Shown here one piece after another: positions 1-7,738 of a stretch of 32,000 bases of DNA. This stretch comes from Geotalea daltonii FRC-32 (lineage in GTDB: Bacteria; Desulfobacterota; Desulfuromonadia; Geobacterales; Geobacteraceae), in the NCBI RefSeq assembly GCF_000022265.1, contig NC_011979.1, positions 1,350,001 to 1,382,000 of the forward strand, in the 5' to 3' direction. Position 1 is the first letter of the stretch; every line of letters begins with the position of its first letter. The notes below the pieces were generated by a model, which was given only the letters and a program-made list of their open reading frames with translations, ran no database searches and was not told the origin of the DNA. The position numbers and the translations under genes were made by a program.

Positions 1-88
1 TGCCGATTTCCGGCAGTTTTCCCGCTCCAAATACAACCATGACGATTACCAGGATGACAATAAGTTCCGGCATGCCGAATCCAAACAT
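1..88 (-). CDS. tatA: Twin-arginine translocase subunit TatA/TatE, N-terminal part only (3' end runs off the window)
   Basis: Reverse complement of 1-88 reads [29 protein letters not shown], the typical TatA N-terminal TM helix plus hinge. A GGAGGAT Shine-Dalgarno lies at 91-97 on the - strand. Confidence 0.8.
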   Translation of the reverse strand, partial: MFGFGMPELIVILVIVMVVFGAGKLPEIG

Positions 89-254
89 AGATCCTCCACA
101 TTTTGTGCAAATTTGTAGCAAGTATTGCATTGCACATGTAAAAAATCAAGAAATTACCTGTTCTTTCTGACCTTCCGGGGGCGACAAATTAATTGCACAT
201 TAATCTTGGGACCAGTATATTAGGGAAAAAATAAGAAGGTGAGGAATAACTGAA

Positions 255-701
255 GTGAAAAGGATTCTGCTGGTTGAGGACAATCCCGATGATGAGGCTT
301 TGACCCTGCGGGCATTGCAAAAGGTTGCTCTCAATGACGAAATTGTCATTGCCCGTGATGGGGTTGAGGCTCTCGATATTGCCTTCGGCCGAGGAGAGTA
401 TGGCAACGGTAACGGGAGCAGTAAGCCTCGTCTGATACTGCTGGACCTCAAACTGCCAAAGGTGGACGGGCTGGAAGTGCTGCGCCAGTTGCGAGCCAAC
501 AGCGAAACCCGGACAATTCCGATCGTTGTTTTTACCTCTTCTTCGGAAGAGCTGGACATTCTGCACAGCTATTGTCTTGGGGCGAACAGCTATATCCGCA
601 AGCCGGTGGAATTCAGCCAGTTCTGCGACGCACTGCGCCAGATAAGTGGCTATTGGCTGTCTTTATGCCAGCTGCCTCCGCAAATTGATTGCCAACGATG
701 A
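255..701 (+). CDS. Stand-alone response regulator (CheY-like receiver domain only)
   Basis: The 148-aa ORF starts MKRILLVEDNPDDEALTLRAL and has LILLDLKLPKVDG (phospho-acceptor Asp) plus IVVFTSS...K-P motifs. GTG start with AAGGTGAGGA upstream. No output domain. Confidence 0.85.
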   Translation: MKRILLVEDNPDDEALTLRALQKVALNDEIVIARDGVEALDIAFGRGEYGNGNGSSKPRLILLDLKLPKVDGLEVLRQLRANSETRTIPIVVFTSSSEELDILHSYCLGANSYIRKPVEFSQFCDALRQISGYWLSLCQLPPQIDCQR

Positions 702-772
702 CCGGCAGCTGAACAGTGTCTCCCCCTCTCCCCTTCTATGCAAGACCACGCATAACATGATATCATCCTTCT

Positions 773-2764
773 ATGGATTTCAGACTAAGCAGTGACTACA
801 AGCCACGGGGTGACCAGCCCCAGGCCATAGACGAGCTTACCCAAGGTATTATTCGGGGGGATCGTGATCAGGTGCTTCTGGGGGTGACCGGCTCCGGCAA
901 GACCTTTACCATGGCCAACATCATCGCCAACATCAATCGCCCGGCGCTGATCCTGGCCCCCAACAAGACGCTTGCAGCCCAGCTCTACGGCGAATTCAAG
1001 GAGCTGTTTCCTGACAATGCAGTGGAGTATTTCGTCTCCTACTATGACTATTACCAGCCCGAGGCCTATCTTCCCACCACCGACACCTTCATCGAAAAAG
1101 ATTCATCCATCAATGACGAGATCGACAAGATGCGTCACTCGGCTACCCGCTCCCTGCTCACCCGTCGCGACGTCATCATCGTTGCATCTGTTTCCTGCAT
1201 TTACGGCATCGGCTCGCCCGCTTCCTATCAGGAGATGCACATCTTCTTCCACCAGGGGGACGATGTTCCCCGGGACGAATTTCTGAAAAAGCTGGTCGCC
1301 ATCCAGTACGAAAGGAATGATGTCGATTTCCACCGCGGTACCTTCCGGGTCAGGGGGGACATCGTCGAGGTGTTTCCTGCCCACGACGATGAAAGGGCAC
1401 TGCGCATCGAATTTTTTGGCGATACGGTAGAGGCCATTTCGGAGATCGACCCCCTGCGCGGCCAAGTGATCCAGAAACTGGCAAAGTGCGCCATCTATCC
1501 GGCCTCCCATTATGTGGCCAACAAGGAGACCCTGGACCGGGCCATCGAGCAGATCCGCCTGGAACTGGAGGAACGGATCCGCTATTTTCGTGAGCAGAAC
1601 ATGCTGCTGGAAGCCCAGCGCATCGAGCAGCGCACCTTTTTCGACATTGAAATGATGGAAGAGATGGGATTCTGCCAGGGGATAGAGAATTATTCCCGGC
1701 ATTTCGATGGGCGCTCAGCCGGCGAGCCACCCTATACCCTGATCGACTACTTCCCCGGAGATTTCGTGCTCTTTATCGATGAATCCCACATCACCGTTTC
1801 CCAAGTGGGGGGGATGTATCGGGGGGACCGCAGCCGCAAGGAAACGCTGGTCAACTACGGCTTCCGCCTTCCTTCGGCCCTGGACAACCGGCCCCTCAAC
1901 TTCCAGGAGTTCACGAAAAAGTTGAACCAGACGGTCTATGTATCCGCGACGCCGGCTGAATACGAGCTGAAACAGGCGGGGGGCGTAGTTGTGGAGCAGG
2001 TGATCAGGCCGACGGGGCTCCTGGACCCGCAGGTTGAGGTCCGCCCTGCTTCGGGACAGGTGGATGATCTGCTCCATGAGGTTCGCCTGACCGTGGAAAA
2101 GGGTGAACGGGTGCTGGTGACAACCCTGACCAAGCGGATGGCCGAAGAACTGACCGATTACTACCGTGAACTGGGCATTAAAGTCCGTTATCTCCACTCG
2201 GATATCGACACCATTCAGCGCATGCAGATTATCCGTGACCTCCGGCTCGGCGAGTTTGACGTGCTGGTGGGCATAAACCTGCTCAGAGAGGGATTGGACA
2301 TCCCCGAGGTGTCCCTGGTGGCAATCTTCGATGCGGACAAGGAGGGTTTTCTACGTTCCGAGCGTTCTCTGATTCAGACCTGCGGCCGTGCCGCCAGAAA
2401 CCTGTCGGGCTGCGTCATCATGTATGCGGATAGTGTTACCCGATCGATGCAGGCTTGTATAGATGTCACTTCGAAGCGGCGGCAGATTCAGCAGGAATAT
2501 AACAGGGAAAACAACATTACCCCCCAGAGTGTGAAGAAACAGATACGCAACATTCTGGAATCGGTGGAGGAGCATGACTACGTCACCGTGCCGCTGGCGG
2601 CGGAGACCATGGAAGAATACGTGGCGGTGAAGGATATTCCCAAGCTGGTGAAGAAGTTGCGCAAGGAGATGCTTGCTGCGGCGAAGGAGCTGGATTTCGA
2701 AAAGGCGGCAGGCTTACGGGACCGGATCAAAAAGCTGGAAGACCAGGAGTTGAAGCTTCGTTAG
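773..2764 (+). CDS. uvrB: Excinuclease ABC subunit B
   Basis: The 663-aa ORF has an N-terminal [11 protein letters not shown], a GVTGSGKT Walker A, a DESH box, and a C-terminal UVR motif ([18 protein letters not shown]). Confidence 0.97.
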   Translation: MDFRLSSDYKPRGDQPQAIDELTQGIIRGDRDQVLLGVTGSGKTFTMANIIANINRPALILAPNKTLAAQLYGEFKELFPDNAVEYFVSYYDYYQPEAYLPTTDTFIEKDSSINDEIDKMRHSATRSLLTRRDVIIVASVSCIYGIGSPASYQEMHIFFHQGDDVPRDEFLKKLVAIQYERNDVDFHRGTFRVRGDIVEVFPAHDDERALRIEFFGDTVEAISEIDPLRGQVIQKLAKCAIYPASHYVANKETLDRAIEQIRLELEERIRYFREQNMLLEAQRIEQRTFFDIEMMEEMGFCQGIENYSRHFDGRSAGEPPYTLIDYFPGDFVLFIDESHITVSQVGGMYRGDRSRKETLVNYGFRLPSALDNRPLNFQEFTKKLNQTVYVSATPAEYELKQAGGVVVEQVIRPTGLLDPQVEVRPASGQVDDLLHEVRLTVEKGERVLVTTLTKRMAEELTDYYRELGIKVRYLHSDIDTIQRMQIIRDLRLGEFDVLVGINLLREGLDIPEVSLVAIFDADKEGFLRSERSLIQTCGRAARNLSGCVIMYADSVTRSMQACIDVTSKRRQIQQEYNRENNITPQSVKKQIRNILESVEEHDYVTVPLAAETMEEYVAVKDIPKLVKKLRKEMLAAAKELDFEKAAGLRDRIKKLEDQELKLR

Positions 2765-2767
2765 GGT

Positions 2768-4123
2768 TCATATACCGGGTTTTTCCGAAGTTTTTTTCCT
2801 TCGTTTCCTGCGCCGTCGACGTTTTTGCAGAGGCTCCCCATCGGGTCGAATATCAGATTGAGGTTCCAGCTGAAATTTTTCCCACCATGCCAGGACCTTT
2901 TTGTCTTCTCCGGTAATGGCGGAAGCAAAGCGCAGGTAAGACAATGCCTCGGCAAAACCATGGCGTGTGGCGAAAGTCTCCGGGTGGCGCCCCGGTATCT
3001 TGCGCAGACGGTGCTGGCTGGTGAGGATATCGCGAATGAGGATAGCGACCCGATTGGGAAACTGGACGGTAGGGGCTACTTCACCCATGAATTCGGCAAC
3101 AGCAGCATTAACGGCAGGGTGAGCAGGCAGGCCCGCCTTGCGGAAGCTTTCCGCTTTCTCCTGCAGGTATTGGCTGAACATGAGGGCAAAAAGCAGGGGA
3201 GGTTGCACTTTTTCCCCGTTTTGAATCGCATTGTCCAAGTGATCCAGGGCCTTGCCGACCCAGGTGTGGGGGAATCCGTCACTTTCCCTTTCGAGCCAGT
3301 CATTGAAGTGGGGGAAGAGAGCGGAAAAAATGCCGCTCTGTCGCAGGAGCTGGTAGGTGCGTTCACCTGCCCCCAGCAGGAACAGCTTGAGTACTTCCTC
3401 ATAAAGTCTGGGTGGCGAAGCTTTCGTGACAGTGGGGCTGAGCTCCAGAATGGTCTGCCAGGTTGTTTCTTCGACGCGGAAGCCCAACATGGCGGCGAAT
3501 CGCACAGCGCGGATCATCCGTACCGGATCTTCCACGAACCGGATTCCGGAGTCGCCGATGGTGCGGATCACCCCTCTTTGCAGGTCATCCAAGCCGCCCA
3601 CATAATCGATTAGAGAAAAATCACTGATATTGTAAGCCAGGGCGTTGACGGTGAAGTCGCGCCTGACCGCATCTTCTGCGGGGGTGCCGAAGATATTATC
3701 GCGCAATACCATGCCGTCTTCGCTTTTCAGCAGCAGTGGCGAGCGGCCGGTTAAAGTGTGGCCTTCCGATTCATCCATGGCGGCCGGTTCTTCTGCAGGT
3801 ACATCATCCAGTCTGGCAGAGCGGAAGGTTGCCACTTCGATTATTTCATCCTGAAAATGCAGGTGGGCCAGCCGAAAGCGCCTCCCGATCAGGCGGCAGT
3901 TGCGGAACATCTTCTTGATCTGCAACGGAGTGGCATCGGTAACGATATCAAAATCTTTCGGCTCCCTGCCCAGCAGCAGGTCTCGTACTCCACCTCCGAC
4001 AAGATAGGCGGTAAACCCGTTGTCCTTGAGACGATAGAGAACTTTGACAGCATTGGGACTCAGGGAGCGGCGAGAGATGTTGTGGTCTGCACGGGATATT
4101 ATCAGCGGCTTGAGTGGTTCCAT
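2768..4123 (-). CDS. pcnB: Poly(A) polymerase I (polynucleotide adenylyltransferase)
   Basis: The 451-aa ORF contains LVGGGVRDLLLGREPKDFDIVTDATP...FRNCRLIGRRFRLAHLHF, closely matching the PcnB head domain. It has a basic C-terminal tail (KRRRRRKRRKK). Confidence 0.9.
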   Translation of the reverse strand: MEPLKPLIISRADHNISRRSLSPNAVKVLYRLKDNGFTAYLVGGGVRDLLLGREPKDFDIVTDATPLQIKKMFRNCRLIGRRFRLAHLHFQDEIIEVATFRSARLDDVPAEEPAAMDESEGHTLTGRSPLLLKSEDGMVLRDNIFGTPAEDAVRRDFTVNALAYNISDFSLIDYVGGLDDLQRGVIRTIGDSGIRFVEDPVRMIRAVRFAAMLGFRVEETTWQTILELSPTVTKASPPRLYEEVLKLFLLGAGERTYQLLRQSGIFSALFPHFNDWLERESDGFPHTWVGKALDHLDNAIQNGEKVQPPLLFALMFSQYLQEKAESFRKAGLPAHPAVNAAVAEFMGEVAPTVQFPNRVAILIRDILTSQHRLRKIPGRHPETFATRHGFAEALSYLRFASAITGEDKKVLAWWEKFQLEPQSDIRPDGEPLQKRRRRRKRRKKTSEKPGI

Positions 4124-4184
4124 ATGTGTAGTAACCTACCACATCTGTAGGAGAAAGGCAAAGCGCCGCACCCTATAAAAAAAT

Positions 4185-4208
4185 GGATATTTGACTTTTG
4201 TCATATCC
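4185..4208. promoter_or_regulatory. Imperfect palindrome GGATAT-TTGAC-N4-GTCAT-ATCC; possible CRP/FNR-family operator
   Basis: TTGAC (4191-4195), TTTT, GTCAT (4200-4204), flanked by GGATAT/ATATCC. It lies about 20 nt upstream of a TATTAT hexamer (4224-4229) and just upstream of the YgbA-like ORF. Confidence 0.35.
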
Positions 4209-4227
4209 TGCCGGACCTACAGCTATT

Positions 4228-4599
4228 ATGATGGCATTCATGGAACAGTTTACCGACAAGCAGAAAAAGGACCTGAAGGTCCTCATTACTTTTGTCAGTT
4301 TCTATTGCCGGGCCAGGCATGGAAAAAACGCGGAGCAAAGTCCCCTGGCATTGCCGATGGAGCTTGTCTCCGCATTTAAAAGGAATGCCCACCTTTGTGG
4401 CGAGTGTGCCGGCCTTGTCGCCTATGCCATTGAGAAGCGTCGCAGGTGTCCTCTTGACCCGAAACCATCCTGTAAAAAATGTCCCGTCCACTGTTACAGC
4501 AAAGAATATCGGGCCAGGATCAGGGAAGTGATGGCCTTTTCCGGCAAGCGCATGATCATGCGGGGACGGCTCGATCTTTTGTGGCACTATTTATTTTAG
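4228..4599 (+). CDS. YgbA-like Cys-rich protein (nitrous-oxide-stimulated-promoter family)
   Basis: The ORF has the pattern FYCRARHG...LCGECAGLVAYAIEKRRRCPLDPKPSCKKCPVHCY typical of the YgbA_NO family. The ORF-track start at 4198 is a TTG; in-frame ATGs occur at 4228, 4231 and 4240. The start is uncertain, the stop is firm. Confidence 0.7.
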   Translation: MMAFMEQFTDKQKKDLKVLITFVSFYCRARHGKNAEQSPLALPMELVSAFKRNAHLCGECAGLVAYAIEKRRRCPLDPKPSCKKCPVHCYSKEYRARIREVMAFSGKRMIMRGRLDLLWHYLF

Positions 4600-4611
4600 A
4601 AGGAGAACGAC

Positions 4612-5337
4612 ATGATTAGAAAAATCGTACAGATAGACCAGAAGAAATGCAATGGCTGTGGGCTCTGCGTTCCAGCCTGTGCCGAAGGGGCGATAAGGAT
4701 CGTTGACGGTAAGGCAGTGTTGTCGGCGGATAATCTCTGCGACGGGCTGGGAGCTTGTCTGGGAGATTGCCCACAGGATGCCATTGCCATTATCGAGCGG
4801 GAAGCAGACGAATTTGACGAGGCTGCAGTGGAAACCCACCTGAAGGAAAACAAGAAAGCATCTGCTCCGGTTGCCGAACCTCACCATCATGGCGGCTGCC
4901 CGGGGTCCCGTGCCATGTCCTTTGCCACTTCTTCTTCAACCTCAGCCGGCAAAGGGGAGGGCACGCCGAGCCAGTTGCGACAATGGCCGGTACAGCTAAA
5001 CCTTGTTCCGATCACGGCACCATATTTCCAGAATGCCGACCTGCTCATTACCGCCGATTGCGTCCCTTTTGCCTACGCCGATTATCATAGGGATTTCCTT
5101 GCCGGCAAAGCAGTGGTCGTCGGCTGTCCAAAGCTGGACGACAACCAGCACTACCGGGATAAGCTTACCGAGCTGTTCAAGGCGTCCTCGCTAAAATCCA
5201 TAACGGTCCTGCGCATGGAGGTGCCTTGCTGTGGTGGCATTGTCATGGCTGCCCGTCAGGCATTGGCAGCCTCAGGAAAAGAAATCCCCTTCAAAGAGGT
5301 GACCATCGGTATCCGGGGTGAAGTAGTCCTGGACTGA
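4612..5337 (+). CDS. 4Fe-4S dicluster domain protein with a Cys-containing C-terminal domain
   Basis: CNGCGLCVPAC (CxxCxxCxxxC) and CDGLGACLGDCP motifs sit at the N-terminus, with ADCVPFAY...GCPKLDD...MEVPCCGG at the C-terminus. AAGGAGA RBS lies 6 nt upstream. The 12-nt gap from the previous ORF suggests an operon. Confidence 0.85.
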   Translation: MIRKIVQIDQKKCNGCGLCVPACAEGAIRIVDGKAVLSADNLCDGLGACLGDCPQDAIAIIEREADEFDEAAVETHLKENKKASAPVAEPHHHGGCPGSRAMSFATSSSTSAGKGEGTPSQLRQWPVQLNLVPITAPYFQNADLLITADCVPFAYADYHRDFLAGKAVVVGCPKLDDNQHYRDKLTELFKASSLKSITVLRMEVPCCGGIVMAARQALAASGKEIPFKEVTIGIRGEVVLD

Positions 5338-5452
5338 ATGATGGAAGCGGACAAAAGAGATAGCTGACAGCCGGGTTCGTTATACTGCATTTTTGCCTAA
5401 CCCCCCGGTTTTTCACGTGCCGATCAGGCTTTAAATTGGAATAGGACAAAAA

Positions 5453-5467
5453 GGATAATTTTTATCT
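5453..5467. promoter_or_regulatory. Fur/PerR-family-like 7-1-7 box (GGATAAT-T-TTTATCT)
   Basis: GATAA-N3-TTATC inverted repeat immediately upstream of the -35 element of the peroxiredoxin promoter. Confidence 0.3.
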
Positions 5468-5475
5468 TTTTTCCG

Positions 5476-5504
5476 TTGACAAGGGTCAGATGCACTGGTA
5501 TTTT
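5476..5504 (+). promoter_or_regulatory. Sigma-70-type promoter of the peroxiredoxin gene
   Basis: TTGACA (5476-5481), 17-nt spacer, TATTTT (5499-5504). About 45 nt upstream of the ATG. Confidence 0.55.
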
Positions 5505-5547
5505 TCAGACAGATTGAATTGATTGCCATTCACAAAGGAGAAATACC

Positions 5548-6144
5548 ATGAGCGTTTGCACTTTAGTTACACAGGAAGCCCCGGATTTTACCGCTGAGGC
5601 GGTTATGCCGGACAACACCTTTGCCGAGATAAAATTGTCGGCGTTCCGCGGCAAGTATGTCATTCTTTTCTTCTATCCCCTAGACTTCACCTTCGTCTGT
5701 CCTTCTGAAATTCTTGCCTTCAACAAACGGCTGACCGATTTCAAAGGCAAGAACTGCGAGGTCATCGGCGTTTCTGTAGACTCAAAATTTACCCATCTGG
5801 CCTGGAAAAATACCCCTGTAGAGAACGGAGGCATCGGCGCCATCCAGTATCCTCTTGTTCAGGATCTGAACAAATCCATTGCCCGCTCCTACGGCATTTT
5901 GTTTGATGATGCTGTTGCCCTGCGTGGCCTGTTTCTCATCGATCCCAACGGCAAAGTCCGTCACGCCGTTATCAACGATCTGCCGCTGGGGCGTAGTGTA
6001 AATGAAGCTCTGCGTATGGTGGATGCCTTGCAGTTTGTGGAAACCCATGGCGGCGAAGTCTGTCCGGCCAACTGGCAGGAGGGGGATGATTCGATGAAGG
6101 CTTCAAGCGAAGGCGTAGCCGCTTATCTTGCCAAACACGGCTAG
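5548..6144 (+). CDS. Typical 2-Cys peroxiredoxin (AhpC/Prx1 subfamily)
   Basis: 198 aa with peroxidatic Cys in FTFVCPSEI and resolving Cys in EVCPANW. AAGGAGA RBS. Confidence 0.95.
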   Translation: MSVCTLVTQEAPDFTAEAVMPDNTFAEIKLSAFRGKYVILFFYPLDFTFVCPSEILAFNKRLTDFKGKNCEVIGVSVDSKFTHLAWKNTPVENGGIGAIQYPLVQDLNKSIARSYGILFDDAVALRGLFLIDPNGKVRHAVINDLPLGRSVNEALRMVDALQFVETHGGEVCPANWQEGDDSMKASSEGVAAYLAKHG

Positions 6145-6294
6145 TGAGGGGCATCGAAAGCTGACAACTGCCGCGTGGGAATATCTCCATGCCGTTTTTG
6201 TTTTGCCTTGGGAATGCTGGTCTTGCCAGGGTGGGGTATTTATGTTAAAAGGATAAAATCTGTAAGCAGAAACATGGGAAAAAGGAGCGTCATC

Positions 6295-6699
6295 ATGCGT
6301 GTTATTGTTGCAGGTTTACCCCTTTTACTGCTCTGTATCCTTACTGTACCTGCCTTTGCCCAGGAGGCCCAGCAACCCGAAGCCATTGCAGAAAAGATGT
6401 CCTTTAAGCTGGTGCGGGGATTGACAAACGTGGTGACCGGGGTTGTGGAGGTTCCGAAGCAGTCATATCTGACGGTGCGCGACCGTGGCAATATCGGCTA
6501 CGTCGTGGGCCCGGTAAAAGGGATGGGCATGGCCTTGTACCGGACACTGTTGGGCGCGGTGGAAACGGTATTTTTCATGGTGCCGCAGCCGGGGTATTAC
6601 GATCCCATGGTTAATCCCGAATACGTGTGGCATGGTTGGGAAAAGCGGCCTGAAGTGAGCCTTGTTAACGACGCCGAGCCCGTGGAAAAGGGAGAATAG
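6295..6699 (+). CDS. Small secreted protein, exosortase-system-associated TIGR04073-type family (paralog 1)
   Basis: Signal peptide MRVIVAGLPLLLLCILTVPAFAQ, then KLVRGLTNVVTGVVEVPKQ...GPVKGMGMAL...PGYYDP...YVW. Start chosen at ATG 6295 (AAGGAG 7 nt upstream) rather than the ORF-track 6175. Confidence 0.8.
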   Translation: MRVIVAGLPLLLLCILTVPAFAQEAQQPEAIAEKMSFKLVRGLTNVVTGVVEVPKQSYLTVRDRGNIGYVVGPVKGMGMALYRTLLGAVETVFFMVPQPGYYDPMVNPEYVWHGWEKRPEVSLVNDAEPVEKGE

Positions 6700-6700
6700 C

Positions 6701-7081
6701 ATGTCACTACGGGGGATGTTCCTCATTGCATCAGCTGCGGTAATCTGGCTCCTTGCTGCTACAGCCAATCTCGCCCATGCCGATGATTACCGCACCGTTG
6801 AAAATGCCGGTCCCCAGGAAGTGGTCGATGCAATGGCTACCAAGGCCGCGCGCGGTCTGGCGAACACGGCGACTGGGTGGGTTGAATTTCCCAAGCAGAT
6901 ATATATAACTGCCAAGGATGATGGCGTAGCCAAGGGGCTTTTCGTGGGGCCACTAAAGGGTCTCGGGATGACACTGGTGAGAACAGCATCAGGTCTGCTT
7001 GAAGCCGTTACCTTTTTTATTCCTTATCCGGGATTTTACGACCCTTATTTCGACCCGGCCTACGTTTGGCAGAAGGAGTAG
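6701..7081 (+). CDS. Small secreted protein, TIGR04073-type family (paralog 2)
   Basis: Signal peptide, then KAARGLANTATGWVEFPKQ...GPLKGLGMTL...PGFYDP...YVW, colinear with the upstream paralog. ATG 6701 lies 1 nt after the previous stop, with a GGGAGA RBS. Confidence 0.8.
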   Translation: MSLRGMFLIASAAVIWLLAATANLAHADDYRTVENAGPQEVVDAMATKAARGLANTATGWVEFPKQIYITAKDDGVAKGLFVGPLKGLGMTLVRTASGLLEAVTFFIPYPGFYDPYFDPAYVWQKE

Positions 7082-7134
7082 TCAGACCAGGGGAGCAGAA
7101 TAGGATCAGCAATTCAAAAATTTATATGCATAAT

Positions 7135-7170
7135 AAAAAAAAGCCGCACCCCTTGGGGATGCGGCTTTTT
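7135..7170. terminator. Bidirectional rho-independent terminator
   Basis: AAAAAAAAGCCGCACCCC-TT-GGGGATGCGGCTTTTT, a GC stem flanked by an A-run and a T-run. It sits between convergent genes ending at 7081 (+) and 7189 (-). Confidence 0.8.
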
Positions 7171-7188
7171 AATTCCTGTCGAAGGAAA

Positions 7189-7443
7189 TTACTTTGCAGC
7201 AGGAGCAGCAGGAGCAGCAGCGTCAGCAGGCTTAGCTTCTTCTTTCTTCTCAGCAGCTTTCTTGGCAGCTTTTTTCTTCTTGGCAGCTTTTTTCTTAACA
7301 ACTTTCTTCTCTTCTTTCTTCACTTCGCCAGCAGCAGGAGCAGCAGCAGGAGCTTCGGTTTTTACAGGCTCAGCAGCGAAAACAACGCCAGCGAAAGCTA
7401 CGGCTACGAGTGCAGCAACAACAGAAGACAGAACTTTTTTCAT
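7189..7443 (-). CDS. Secreted low-complexity Lys/Ala/Pro-rich (histone H1-like) mini-protein
   Basis: 84 aa: signal peptide MKKVLSSVVAALVAVAFAGVVFA, then AEPVKTEAPAAAPAAGEVKKEEKKVVKKKAAKKKKAAKKAAEKKEEAKPADAAAPAAPAAK. Strong AAGGAGA RBS, terminator downstream, sigma-54-type promoter upstream. Confidence 0.7.
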   Translation of the reverse strand: MKKVLSSVVAALVAVAFAGVVFAAEPVKTEAPAAAPAAGEVKKEEKKVVKKKAAKKKKAAKKAAEKKEEAKPADAAAPAAPAAK

Positions 7444-7482
7444 GGTGATTCTCCTTTAAAAATGTAAGATGCGTTTTGCTAC

Positions 7483-7498
7483 AGCAGAGAGCATGCCA
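7483..7498 (-). promoter_or_regulatory. Sigma-54 (RpoN) -24/-12 promoter for the Lys/Ala-rich protein gene
   Basis: The - strand reads TGGCATGCTCTCTGCT, against consensus TGGCACG-N4-TTGCW. GG and GC have the correct spacing. The predicted TSS is about 29 nt upstream of the ATG. Confidence 0.5.
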
Positions 7499-7676
7499 AG
7501 TTTGCAGGTAGAGATAAGATGCTGAAAGTAGGAATATCTTTGGCGGTGATTTTCATGGAGAGAAAACTGTCTGCCTGAAATCGTCGAAGATGTGCCCCAT
7601 TTGGGGTATGGTGCGTCTGCTCTTTAATCTCTGGATATCCCTTGCCAGATATTGAATAAATTTGATAATATACGGC

Positions 7677-7714
7677 CGGTCGTGGCGGCAAGCTTCCGCC
7701 ATGACCGTTTTTTT
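7677..7714 (+). terminator. Orphan rho-independent terminator-like hairpin
   Basis: CGGTCGTGGCGG-CAAGCTT-CCGCCATGACCG (12-bp stem with one G-U) followed by TTTTTTT. No annotated + strand gene ends here, and the radical-SAM ORF begins about 25 nt downstream. Confidence 0.6.
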
Positions 7715-7738
7715 GGGGTAAGGAAATGATTAAATGCC

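Noticed and set aside
702-772. Looked for a LexA/SOS box upstream of uvrB.
   Set aside because: There is no palindrome and no GGTT...ACC-type motif (the reported Geobacter LexA box pattern) in the 71-nt upstream region.
4156-4172. GGCAAAGCGCCGCA, a sigma-54-like -24/-12 candidate upstream of the YgbA-like gene.
   Set aside because: The GG-to-GC spacing is one nucleotide short of the invariant distance, and the flanking bases fit the consensus poorly.
6175-6294. N-terminal extension of the first TIGR04073-type ORF (ORF-track start at 6175).
   Set aside because: The extension precedes the obvious signal peptide and has no RBS. ATG 6295 has AAGGAG at ideal spacing and yields a normal signal peptide.
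7066-7467. + strand ORFs (7066-7467 and 7262-7459) with Ser/Phe/Leu-rich repeats.
   Set aside because: These are antisense or frame shadows of the low-complexity Lys/Ala-rich gene. The first runs straight through the bidirectional terminator, and the - strand gene has the RBS, signal peptide and promoter.
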